From Hydrurus foetidus (Eukaryota): DNA of 64,000 nt. The notes below the pieces were generated by a model, which searched no databases, was not told the DNA's origin, and was given only the letters and a program-made list of their open reading frames with translations. The position numbers were made by a program, and so were the translations under genes. The DNA is taken from the NCBI GenBank assembly GCA_900617105.1, contig UYFQ01000001.1, forward strand, positions 682,001 to 746,000, read 5' to 3'. This document shows positions 50,038 to 58,783 of the stretch, in pieces (position 1 is the first letter of the stretch; each line of letters starts with the position of its first letter).

Positions 50038-50553
50038 ATGTTGACCTTGTTACCCTCTGTGCGTGTGCTTCACCGTGCATTTCCTTTCTTTGTTATTGCG
50101 AGCCTTTTGATGGGCTGCGCTTCTTCCATGACCGCAACACAATCCGTTTCTTCCGCTTCCGCTGATACCGCCACTGCTGTAACGACCCTCGCCCAACCGG
50201 GGCTGGACACCCTTGTCGGCAGCCAATGGATTGCCAAAGCCCTTGTGAATCCTGCGCTACCTGGGCGTACCACGCCACGTTTGCAGTTTGTCAGCCTCAC
50301 CCAAGTGGCCGGCAACGCGGGTTGCAATGGTTTTGGTGGCGATGCCGTGATCGCGGGCGACAACCTTCGCATGGGGCCGCTGGGGGCCACCCGCCGGATG
50401 TGCGAAAGCTCCGCTATGGCCATCGAGACCAAATTTTTAAGTGCGCTAGAGAGTGTGCGCAAAGCCCGCATCGTGCGCACAGCCACGGAAACGCAGCTTG
50501 AAATGTCCGACGATGCCGGTGCCGTGGTGTTGCGTTTGACACGCAGCGAATAA
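50038..50553 (+). CDS. META-domain (HslJ-like) lipoprotein
   Basis: Lipobox LMGC, GNAGCNGFGG, ATRRMC and ETKFLSAL. Confidence 0.85.
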   Translation: MLTLLPSVRVLHRAFPFFVIASLLMGCASSMTATQSVSSASADTATAVTTLAQPGLDTLVGSQWIAKALVNPALPGRTTPRLQFVSLTQVAGNAGCNGFGGDAVIAGDNLRMGPLGATRRMCESSAMAIETKFLSALESVRKARIVRTATETQLEMSDDAGAVVLRLTRSE

Positions 50554-50560
50554 GTTCCCT

Positions 50561-51343
50561 GTGCAGCTCCCCGTACAGCCTGCCACGCCCTCTGCGCCAC
50601 CGCGCTACTTTGCGCTCATTCCCTGCGGCGGCACGGGCAGCCGTGCAGGTGCGGGTTTGCCCAAGCAGTACCGGGTGATTGCCGGGCAGCCGCTGCTGGC
50701 CCACACCTTGGCGGCGTTTGCGGCCGTTCCTGAGCTGGCTGCGGTGCTGGTGGGAGTGTCGCCGCAAGACAGTGCCATCGCCCAGGCTGAGCTGGCTTGT
50801 GCAGCGGCCAGGGCATTGTCAAAATCATCTTTAGAAACTCCTTTTTTGATAGCTGCTAACGCCGGTGAGACGCGTTCAGCCACCGTGTTCAATGGTTTGT
50901 CTGCGCTGCTGACCCAACACGGTGCGCTGTCCACGGATTGGGTGCTGGTGCATGACGCAGCCCGCTGCCTCATCACCCCCGACCAGATCAACACCCTGGT
51001 GCGGGCCTGTACGGACGATGCCGTGGGTGGCCTGCTGGCACAGCCCTTGGCGGACACGCTGAAGCAGTCTGTACAGGGCAGGGTGGCAGCCACGGTAGAG
51101 CGAAGCGATAAATGGCTGGCGCAAACGCCACAGATGTTCCGCATTGGGGCCTTGCAGGCGGCTTTGCGGCACGCGCAGGCCGCTGATGTGGTTGTGACCG
51201 ATGAAGCCAGCGCGATGGAGGCGATGGGCTTGCAGCCGCTGCTGGTTGCAGGCAGTGCGCAAAACTTCAAGGTGACGTACCCCGAAGACTTTGCGCTGGC
51301 TGAGGCTTGTCTGCGGAGCAGAATGGAATCAAGAGCGCCATGA
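50561..51343 (+). CDS. ispD: 2-C-methyl-D-erythritol 4-phosphate cytidylyltransferase
   Basis: [23 protein letters not shown] and NFKVTYPED. Confidence 0.95.
   Translation: MQLPVQPATPSAPPRYFALIPCGGTGSRAGAGLPKQYRVIAGQPLLAHTLAAFAAVPELAAVLVGVSPQDSAIAQAELACAAARALSKSSLETPFLIAANAGETRSATVFNGLSALLTQHGALSTDWVLVHDAARCLITPDQINTLVRACTDDAVGGLLAQPLADTLKQSVQGRVAATVERSDKWLAQTPQMFRIGALQAALRHAQAADVVVTDEASAMEAMGLQPLLVAGSAQNFKVTYPEDFALAEACLRSRMESRAP
50835..50885 (+). repeat. Degenerate GCTAY-N7-RTAGC repeat, in frame within ispD
   Basis: ACTCC-ttttttg-ATAGCT-gcta-ACGC, encoding [10 protein letters not shown]. Confidence 0.55.
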
Positions 51344-51846
51344 CCACGTCTTTCAACCCAATCAACCTGCTTAACCTGCGTATTGGCGAAGGCTGGGATG
51401 TTCATGCGCTGGTGCCGGGCCGCAAACTCATCATCGGTGGAACCGAGATCCCGCACAGCATGGGCCTGCTGGGCCACTCAGACGCCGATGTGCTGCTGCA
51501 CGCGATCACCGATGCGGTGCTGGGCGCAGCGGGCTTGGGCGACATTGGCACGCATTTTCCAGATACCGATGTGCGCTTTGCCGGTGCGAATTCGTCGGTA
51601 CTGCTGGCCGAGGCCATGCGCCGAGTGCGGGCAAAGGGCTTCACGCTGTGCAATGTGGACTGCACGGTGATTGCCCAAGCGCCGAAACTCGCCACGCACA
51701 TCCCGCTGATGTGTGAGTGCATCGCGCTGGCGTTGGATGTAGCCCCCACGCAGGTGAATGTGAAGGCCAAGACGGCTGAGAAGTTGGGGCCGGTGGGGCA
51801 GGGCTTGAGCATTGAGGCTCGTGCGGTAGTGCTTCTCTTTTTATAG
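51340..51846 (+). CDS. ispF: 2-C-methyl-D-erythritol 2,4-cyclodiphosphate synthase
   Basis: [31 protein letters not shown] and VNVKAKTAE. Confidence 0.96.
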   Translation: MTTSFNPINLLNLRIGEGWDVHALVPGRKLIIGGTEIPHSMGLLGHSDADVLLHAITDAVLGAAGLGDIGTHFPDTDVRFAGANSSVLLAEAMRRVRAKGFTLCNVDCTVIAQAPKLATHIPLMCECIALALDVAPTQVNVKAKTAEKLGPVGQGLSIEARAVVLLFL

Positions 51847-51872
51847 CTACTGACGCATATCTGGATAGCAGA
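51829..51872 (+). repeat. GCTAY-N7-RTAGC repeat overlapping the ispF stop codon
   Basis: GCTTC-tcttttt-ATAGCT-actg-ACGC-N9-TAGCA; its TAG at 51844-51846 is the ispF stop. Confidence 0.7.
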
Positions 51873-51873
51873 A

Positions 51874-51892
51874 ATGGACTGTTTCAGTCCAT
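51874..51892. terminator. Hairpin between convergent ispF and kinase genes
   Basis: Perfect 8-bp stem ATGGACTG-ttt-CAGTCCAT. Confidence 0.5.
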
Positions 51893-51907
51893 GTGGGCAG
51901 GCCTGTA

Positions 51908-53338
51908 TCAGCTTGACTCAATCACTTTATTCAAGCGAATCAAAACAGCCAGCCCACCACTGGCTGGGCAGCTCAGGCTGAGCGTGCCGCCCATGCGCTG
52001 TATGGATTTTTCAACGATAGAAAGCCCCAAGCCAGCACCTGTGGCGGAAGTGCGGGCGGTGTCCCCGCGAAAGAAAGCTTTGGTCAATTGCGGCAGGGCT
52101 TCTGGGGCTACGCCTGGGCCTCGGTCGCGCACGCGCAAGACCACCCAGTGGTCGCGGTTACGGCCTGTGATTTCTACCTTGGCGACACCGGTGCTGGGTG
52201 TTTTGCCATAGCGGCGGGCGTTTTCTAGCAGGTTGTTGATGACACGGGCCAATTCGGTGGCATCGCCAAAAATGTGCAAACCAGGGGTTAAATCCAGCGT
52301 TACCCGCAGATCAGCGGGGTTGCTGAGCGCATAGAGGCAGTTTTCTAGCACCTCGTTGAGGTGAACTGGCTCAAACTGACTGGGTACAGGGCGGGCGTAT
52401 TCCAGGAATTTGTCGATGGTGCGGTCAAGCTGCTCGATGTCGTTGTCCATGTGGGCGCGGGCAGTTTCGTCGCTCACGTACATCTCGGTTTCCAGCCGCA
52501 GTCTGGCCAGTGGGGTGCGCAAATCGTGTGAGATACCGGCCAGCATCACGGCACGTTCTTGGTCAATTTTGGCAAGGCGCGAGGCCATGCGGTTAAAGCC
52601 AATATTCACCTCGCGAATTTCGTTGGTAGAGGCTTTTTCGTCCAGGTAGCTGGAATCGTAATCGCCTTCGCGCACCCGGCCTGCTGCCAGCCACAGCTGC
52701 TTGATAGGCTTGTTAATCATCCGGGCCAAGATGGCAGCGCCCGAAAGCGACAGCAGCAGTGCCAGCGCCAGCCAAATCAGCCAAGTGTGCCCACCATTGG
52801 GGCTAACGCGGTCTTGGTCGATGCTGAGCCAATAGGGTTGTTCGCGCAATTTAAAGCTCACCCACATGCCGGGGGTGCCGTTGACGTTGGGCGACATCAC
52901 GGTCTCGGGCCCGCTGCGGGTGCGCAGCTCTTGGAGGATGCGTTGGCTTAAAGCATCGGTGTTGTTGGAGGCCACCACGTCGGTAGGCAAATGCGGCTGG
53001 ATGCGCAAACCCTCTTCGGCGACTAAGCTTTGGCGTACTTCGGCCTCTTCGATGGCGTCGGTATGCATCAGAACTGCACGGGTGATGTTGACCATCGACA
53101 CAATTTGGTGTGCCGTTTGCAGCGCACGGGGCTCGAATTCCAGGGCAGAGAGCGTTTTTAACCAAGCAAGCACGCTGCCCGCCATCAGTGCGGCGAGCAA
53201 AAAGAAGGTGCGCCAAAACAGGCTTATACCTGGTTCGACGGTTGTGTTCAGCGCGGCCAGTGCGGAGGGCGCGTAATCCAAGCCCACCATCGTTGGTGGG
53301 GGATCGTTGTCTTGCGGTGGGACGTTAGACGTGACCAT
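51908..53338 (-). CDS. EnvZ/RisS-like sensor histidine kinase
   Basis: Two TM segments, HAMP, LAGISHDLRTPLARLRL, NLLENARRYG and GAGLGLSI. Confidence 0.92.
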   Translation of the reverse strand: MVTSNVPPQDNDPPPTMVGLDYAPSALAALNTTVEPGISLFWRTFFLLAALMAGSVLAWLKTLSALEFEPRALQTAHQIVSMVNITRAVLMHTDAIEEAEVRQSLVAEEGLRIQPHLPTDVVASNNTDALSQRILQELRTRSGPETVMSPNVNGTPGMWVSFKLREQPYWLSIDQDRVSPNGGHTWLIWLALALLLSLSGAAILARMINKPIKQLWLAAGRVREGDYDSSYLDEKASTNEIREVNIGFNRMASRLAKIDQERAVMLAGISHDLRTPLARLRLETEMYVSDETARAHMDNDIEQLDRTIDKFLEYARPVPSQFEPVHLNEVLENCLYALSNPADLRVTLDLTPGLHIFGDATELARVINNLLENARRYGKTPSTGVAKVEITGRNRDHWVVLRVRDRGPGVAPEALPQLTKAFFRGDTARTSATGAGLGLSIVEKSIQRMGGTLSLSCPASGGLAVLIRLNKVIESS

Positions 53339-54056
53339 CGGGCACAAACACGTAGCCTGTGCCCCACACCGTTTGCAGGTAGCGGGGAGCTGAGGCATCG
53401 TCTTCGATCAAACGGCGCAGGCGCGAAATCTGCACATCCAGGCTGCGGTCTGTGGGTTTGATGTCGCGGCCACGGGTCAGTTGGGCCAGCTTCTCACGGG
53501 TGAGGGGCTGGCGTGGGTGACGCACCATGGTTTTGAGCATGGCGTATTCCCCTGTCGTCAAGGGTAATTCTTCGCCGTTACGCTGCAGTTTACGTGCCGC
53601 TAAATCAAAGCTGAAGGGGCCAAACACCACCATCTCGCGGTTGGTGGCAGGTGCGCCGGGGGCTTCCATATTGGGCCTGCGGCGTAACACGGCGTTGATG
53701 CGGGCCAGCAGCTCACGCGGATTGAAGGGCTTGGCCAGATAGTCGTCAGCACCGACTTCAAGGCCTTCAATGCGGTCAAGCTCTTCGCTTTTGGCTGTCA
53801 GCATGATGATGGGTGTGGTGACCATGCTGGAGCGCAGGCGACGGCAGATTTCCAGGCCGCTCTCGTCAGGCATCATGACGTCGAGCACCACCAAAGAGGG
53901 CGACTCTGTGGGCCACAGACGGGTGAGTTCTGCGCCGCTGTCGGCCACAGCAACGTCAAAACCTTGCTGTGTCAGGTAACGCTGTAGCAGTTCACGTAAG
54001 CGGGGATCGTCGTCAACGACCATGATTTTGTCGCGGGTGGTGGCTGTGAAGATCAT
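53325..54056 (-). CDS. ompR: OmpR-family response regulator (OmpR/RisA-like)
   Basis: VVDDD, VLDVMMP, GADDYLAKPFNPRELLARI and DRSLDVQISRLRR. Confidence 0.88.
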   Translation of the reverse strand: MIFTATTRDKIMVVDDDPRLRELLQRYLTQQGFDVAVADSGAELTRLWPTESPSLVVLDVMMPDESGLEICRRLRSSMVTTPIIMLTAKSEELDRIEGLEVGADDYLAKPFNPRELLARINAVLRRRPNMEAPGAPATNREMVVFGPFSFDLAARKLQRNGEELPLTTGEYAMLKTMVRHPRQPLTREKLAQLTRGRDIKPTDRSLDVQISRLRRLIEDDASAPRYLQTVWGTGYVFVPDGHV

Positions 54057-54273
54057 CAGGTGCTTATGTTTAAGTTCATGAATGACAGTTTGCCATGGAC
54101 AAAACGACATTCGGAAAGCCTTTATTGTCCACTACCCCATTGGACTGGCTTGGGCTCGTTACAAATGTTTCAAACTGGCTTGGGGCTTACCTTGCGTTTA
54201 CCTCGGATTTACCAAGGCTCAGTCGCCAATTTACCGCCTTTGCCGTTAAATGCAGACGTATTGGAGAAACAGA

Positions 54274-55674
54274 ATGAGAAATTCAGCAAAACCAGTCTTA
54301 TTAACGCCTTCCGATGTGCGTCACTTGCTGGTACGCACCGGCTTTGCTCCCACGCAAGCAGAAGTTGACCGCTGGACGGGGCAATCTGCCGACACCGCTG
54401 TTAACGTACTGCTGGCCGAGGCCCAAGCGGCACGCACACTGAACCCACCGCCGCAGTTCGTCAGTGCGCCGCCCCCTGTCCCGCTGGGCCCCCTCAAATC
54501 TCGTGAAGAGCAGCAGGCTGCCCGTCAGCAGCAGTTGCGCGAAGGTTTGGACATGAAGGTGTGGTGGCTGCGCGAGATGGTGGAAACCCGCACGCCGCTG
54601 GCCGAGCGCATGGTGCTGTTTTGGCATAACCATTTCGCCACCTCGCAACAAAAAGTCATCCGCTCGCAGGCCATGTGGCAGCAGCAGCAGGTGTTACGGG
54701 CCAACGTGCTGGGGAACTTCAGCACCCTGCTGCATACGGTGGCCAAAACCCCTGCCATGTTGGTGTATCTGGATGGTGCCAACAGCCGCAAAGAGGCTCC
54801 GAACGAGAACTTTGCCCGTGAGGTGATGGAGCTGTTTGTGCTGGGTGAAGCGAGCCAAACCGCTGCGGGCTTGGGCGGCTACACCGAGCAAGACATCAAA
54901 GAGGCAGCGAGGGCTTTCACCGGCTGGAGCGTGGAGCGCGACGATTTCAGCTTCAAATTTCGCCCGTCTTTCCATGACAACGGCAGCAAGACTTTGCTAG
55001 GCGTAACGGGCAACCTGGACGGCGACCAAGCGCTGGACGTGATGCTGACCCAACCGGCAGTCGCTCGCTTTGTCGTAGGCAAACTGTGGCGTGAGTTTGT
55101 GTCACCTGGGGTTGCCTCAGCTACAGATTTTGTAGCTTCTCAAGCAGACATGACAAGCGCCGCCGATGTTTTTCGCCGCAGTGGTTATGACATCAGCGCG
55201 GCCATGCGCAGCTTGCTGCTCTGCGACAGTTTTTGGGCTGCTGATAACCGGGGCAGTCTCATCAAATCGCCAGTGGACTTGGTGGTAGGCACAGTGCGGC
55301 AGTTTGGCTTCACTGCCACCGATATGACACCACTGGTGCTTAAATCCGCCCAGTTGGGTCAAAACCTGCTGGTGCCGCCCAATGTGAAAGGTTGGCCTGG
55401 CTACACCGACTGGATCAACGCCACGACGTTATTGGAGCGCAAACGCTTCACCGAGCAGTTGTTTCGCATGGGGCCGTTGAAGGCAGACTTTGACCCTGAC
55501 CGTTGGCTGGCCACCTACAGCGGCCATGCAGACCGCGAGCCTTCAGAGGTCTTAAAAAATCAATTAGAGCAGGTATTGCTTGCAGTGCCAGCTACACATT
55601 CCATAGCGCAAGGCTCCGTAGGCATCGCCTACCTTCGCACGCTGACGCTAGACCCGGCTTACCAGCTCAAGTGA
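54274..55674 (+). CDS. DUF1800-family protein
   Basis: ERMVLFWHNHFATS, PAMLVYLD, PNENFARE and PPNVKGW. Confidence 0.9.
   Translation: MRNSAKPVLLTPSDVRHLLVRTGFAPTQAEVDRWTGQSADTAVNVLLAEAQAARTLNPPPQFVSAPPPVPLGPLKSREEQQAARQQQLREGLDMKVWWLREMVETRTPLAERMVLFWHNHFATSQQKVIRSQAMWQQQQVLRANVLGNFSTLLHTVAKTPAMLVYLDGANSRKEAPNENFAREVMELFVLGEASQTAAGLGGYTEQDIKEAARAFTGWSVERDDFSFKFRPSFHDNGSKTLLGVTGNLDGDQALDVMLTQPAVARFVVGKLWREFVSPGVASATDFVASQADMTSAADVFRRSGYDISAAMRSLLLCDSFWAADNRGSLIKSPVDLVVGTVRQFGFTATDMTPLVLKSAQLGQNLLVPPNVKGWPGYTDWINATTLLERKRFTEQLFRMGPLKADFDPDRWLATYSGHADREPSEVLKNQLEQVLLAVPATHSIAQGSVGIAYLRTLTLDPAYQLK
55118..55175 (+). repeat. GCTAY-N7-RTAGC repeat, in frame within DUF1800
   Basis: GCTAC-agatttt-GTAGCT-tctc-AAGC-N9-AAGCG, encoding SATDFVASQADMTS. 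Confidence 0.7.
55590..55608 (+). repeat. GCTAY-N7-RTAGC core near the DUF1800 C-terminus
   Basis: GCTAC-acattcc-ATAGC, encoding PATHSIA. Confidence 0.55.
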
Positions 55675-55708
55675 ATGCCTCTCAGCGCAAAACCCTTAAG
55701 GTCTCACC

Positions 55709-56932
55709 ATGAACGCTTACCTGAACCGCCGACAGTTGTTAACCCATTCAGTCCGTTTTTTGGGCGCAACCACTGGGGTTGCGCTGCTGAGCGCCCACGC
55801 ACCGGGCTGGGCACAAAGTCTCACCCAGCGTGCCAGCAGTGCCGCTGACCGCATCTTGGTGTTGATTGAGCTTAAAGGCGGTAACGATGGCCTGAACACC
55901 GTTGTGCCTTACGCCAATCCACAGTACGCCGCGATGCGTCCCAGTCTTGCCCTCAAGACCGATGAGCTGCTCAAAATTGACAGCCGTGTTGGCCTGCACC
56001 CTGAGCTTAAAGCGCTGCTGCCCTTGTGGGAGAAAAACGAACTTGCGGTGGTGCAGGGCGTGGGCTACCCCCAACCCAACCTGTCGCACTTCCGGTCTAT
56101 CGAGATTTGGGAGAGTGCGTCCAAATCCAATGAAACTTTGGACGATGGCTGGGTTGCGCGGGCAATGAAGTCCGGGTACGGCAGCACCCCGTTCACCGCC
56201 GAGGGCGTGCTGATCGGCATGAACGATTTTGGCCCCCTGGCCGGTGCACGTGCAGTGTCGCTGAACAACCCTGAAGCTTTCGTCAACCAAGCCCGTTTCG
56301 CCAGCACCATGCCGACCACGGGCAACGCGGCGTTGCGCCACTTGCTGCAAGTCGAAAACAACATCACCCAAGCAGCTGCGGGCTTGCGCGGCGAGAAATT
56401 CAATTTCGTGACCCCCTTTCCTCAAGGTGCTTTCGGTAACAGCGTGCGCGCTGCCGCCCAAGTCGTTGCCAGCCAGCGTGCCAGTGTGGGCACAGGGCAG
56501 GGCGGTGTGCCTGTCATCACCCTCAGTTTGGGCAGTTTTGACACCCACCAAAACCAGCTGGGCACCCACGCCAACCTGATGCGCCAGTTGGGCGAGGGTA
56601 TGGCTGCGCTCAAGGGGGCGCTGACCGAGTTGAACGCCTGGGACCGTACGGTGGTGATGACCTACAGCGAGTTCGGTCGCCGGGTACGGCAAAACAACTC
56701 GAACGGTACCGACCACGGCACCAGTGCACCGCACTTTGTCGCCGGTGGTGCCGTGCGCGGTGGCCTGTACGGTCAGGAGCCTGATTTCAACCGGCTGGAT
56801 GCGGCACAAAACCTGTTCTACACCACCGATTTTCGCCAGCTTTATGCCACGGTAGCGCAAGATTGGTGGGGTGTGAAGCCTGAGCTGGTGGTGCGTGGGC
56901 GGTTTGAGCCGGTCAACTTTTTGCGCATGTGA
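55709..56932 (+). CDS. DUF1501-family Tat-exported protein
   Basis: LNRRQLL leader, GGNDGLN, SHFRS, FDTH, SEFGR and GTDHG. Confidence 0.9.
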   Translation: MNAYLNRRQLLTHSVRFLGATTGVALLSAHAPGWAQSLTQRASSAADRILVLIELKGGNDGLNTVVPYANPQYAAMRPSLALKTDELLKIDSRVGLHPELKALLPLWEKNELAVVQGVGYPQPNLSHFRSIEIWESASKSNETLDDGWVARAMKSGYGSTPFTAEGVLIGMNDFGPLAGARAVSLNNPEAFVNQARFASTMPTTGNAALRHLLQVENNITQAAAGLRGEKFNFVTPFPQGAFGNSVRAAAQVVASQRASVGTGQGGVPVITLSLGSFDTHQNQLGTHANLMRQLGEGMAALKGALTELNAWDRTVVMTYSEFGRRVRQNNSNGTDHGTSAPHFVAGGAVRGGLYGQEPDFNRLDAAQNLFYTTDFRQLYATVAQDWWGVKPELVVRGRFEPVNFLRM

Positions 56933-56979
56933 GGCGTTTTCAGTGCTGTCACTCCCTTCATTTTCAAACCCTCATACCC

Positions 56980-57681
56980 ATGAATACTACAAAAATCATA
57001 GCTGCTATAGCCCTTCTCGTAAGCACAAGCGGCGTATTCGCTCAAAACAATGCACCCTCACTAAACGTGGTGCAACTGTCTGCCAATGCCGCGATAGAGG
57101 TGCAGCAAGACACCCTCAGCATCAGCCTGAACACCACCAAAGACGGCGCAGATGCCGGTACAGTGCAAACCCAACTCAAAACGGCCTTGGATGCGGCTTT
57201 GACCGAGGCCAAAAAATCCGCCTTGCCCGGCCAGATGGACGTGCGCACAGGCAACTTCAGCCTCTATCCGCGCTACAGCAATGGCGGTAAATTGAACGGC
57301 TGGCAGGGCACAGCTGAGCTGGTGCTGGAGGGCAAAGACTTTGCCCGTATCAGCAGCACGGCGGGCAAGATCCAGACGCTGACGATGGGCAACGTCAGCT
57401 TTTCGCTTAGCCGTGAGCAGCGCGAAAAGGCCGAGGCGCAAGTGCAAGCTTTGGCTATCGAGCGCTTCAAGACCAAAGCTGGTGAAGTCGCCAAGAGCTT
57501 TGGCTTTGGTGGCTATAGCTTGCGCGAGGTGTCGGTGAACGCGGGTGACCAGGGTTTCGCACCCCGTCCGCGCATGATGGCGATGGCGGCGAAATCGATG
57601 TCCTCTGACGAAGCCGTGCCGGTAGAAGCGGGCAAGAGTTCGGTGGTGGTGACGGTGAGCGGGGCGGTTCAGCTCAAGTGA
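56980..57681 (+). CDS. SIMPL (DUF541) periplasmic protein
   Basis: Signal peptide, a SIMPL-like body and C-terminal VEAGKSSVVVTVSGAVQLK. Confidence 0.85.
   Translation: MNTTKIIAAIALLVSTSGVFAQNNAPSLNVVQLSANAAIEVQQDTLSISLNTTKDGADAGTVQTQLKTALDAALTEAKKSALPGQMDVRTGNFSLYPRYSNGGKLNGWQGTAELVLEGKDFARISSTAGKIQTLTMGNVSFSLSREQREKAEAQVQALAIERFKTKAGEVAKSFGFGGYSLREVSVNAGDQGFAPRPRMMAMAAKSMSSDEAVPVEAGKSSVVVTVSGAVQLK
56984..57040 (+). repeat. GCTAY-N7-RTAGC repeat encoding the SIMPL signal peptide
   Basis: ACTAC-aaaaatc-ATAGCT-gcta-TAGC-N9-AAGCA, encoding NTTKIIAAIALLVSTSGVFA. Confidence 0.65.
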
Positions 57682-57799
57682 GGCCAGCCTAGAATGCTTT
57701 GACAGCGGCCCCCTTTCCTCTTTCCCCCCCTTTTGTCTGGGTGCCGTTTTTGCTTGCTGCTGTTCATTGCCACTGATCCTTCATTCGTCTGCATCTACC

Positions 57800-58765
57800 A
57801 TGTCTGAACCTACGCTCCACTTTGTTGTTTGTGCTGATCCGCTGCCTGCGCAGGCGCAAAGCGAAGCCATCCCTGCGATGCCTTCGGGTACTCACCGCAT
57901 GGCCTATTGGCAGTGGGGCAAGGCGGACAGTGCGCACGTCATCGTCTGCGTTCACGGTTTGACCCGCCAAGGACGGGACTTTGATGTGCTGGCCCAAGCG
58001 CTGTGTGATGCTGCCGGTGGTGTGTCTGGTGGTGACGTGCGGGTGATCTGCGCTGATGTGGTCGGGCGCGGCCAAAGCGATTGGCTGCCTGACCCTTCCG
58101 GTTACCAAGTGCCTAACTACGCCGCCGATATGCTGGCTTTGATCGCCCAGTTGCACCTTGAAGCCCCCATCACCACACTGGACTGGGTGGGCACCAGCAT
58201 GGGCGGCTTGATTGGCATCGTGGTGGCCGGGCAACCCGGTTTGCCCTTGCCTGTGCCAGTACGCCGCTTGGTGTTGAACGATGTGGGGCCAGCGATCCAG
58301 TGGCAAGCGGTGCAGCGTATTGGGTCGTATGTGGGCAACACCGGGCGGTTTGCCTCGGTGCAAGAGGCGGCGGATGCCATGTGGGCCATCTCCAGCAGCT
58401 TTGGCCCGCACACCCCGGCGCAATGGCTGGAACTCAGTCGCCACATGGTTAAACCTATTGCTGGTGACGAGGCCCAGGCTGTCACGCTGCACTACGACCC
58501 GGCCATTGCGCTGCCTTTCAAGGCGCTGACCGAAGCCCTGGCCCAGACAAGCGAGGCGATGCTGTGGCATTTGTACGACCACATTACGGCGCAGGTGTTG
58601 CTGACACGGGGGGCGGTGTCTGATTTGCTGTCGCCCGCTACCGCATTGGCGATGACGCAGCGTGGCCCCAAGGCAACACTGGTGGAGTTCGCCGGCGTGG
58701 GCCATGCACCGACACTGATCGCACCTGACCAGACCGGCGCGGTGACGCGGTGGTTATTGGCTTGA
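57800..58765 (+). CDS. Alpha/beta hydrolase
   Basis: CVHGLTRQGRDF, GTSMGG nucleophile elbow and GVGHAP. Confidence 0.92.
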   Translation: MSEPTLHFVVCADPLPAQAQSEAIPAMPSGTHRMAYWQWGKADSAHVIVCVHGLTRQGRDFDVLAQALCDAAGGVSGGDVRVICADVVGRGQSDWLPDPSGYQVPNYAADMLALIAQLHLEAPITTLDWVGTSMGGLIGIVVAGQPGLPLPVPVRRLVLNDVGPAIQWQAVQRIGSYVGNTGRFASVQEAADAMWAISSSFGPHTPAQWLELSRHMVKPIAGDEAQAVTLHYDPAIALPFKALTEALAQTSEAMLWHLYDHITAQVLLTRGAVSDLLSPATALAMTQRGPKATLVEFAGVGHAPTLIAPDQTGAVTRWLLA

Positions 58766-58783
58766 ATCTGACGATGGCAGAAG

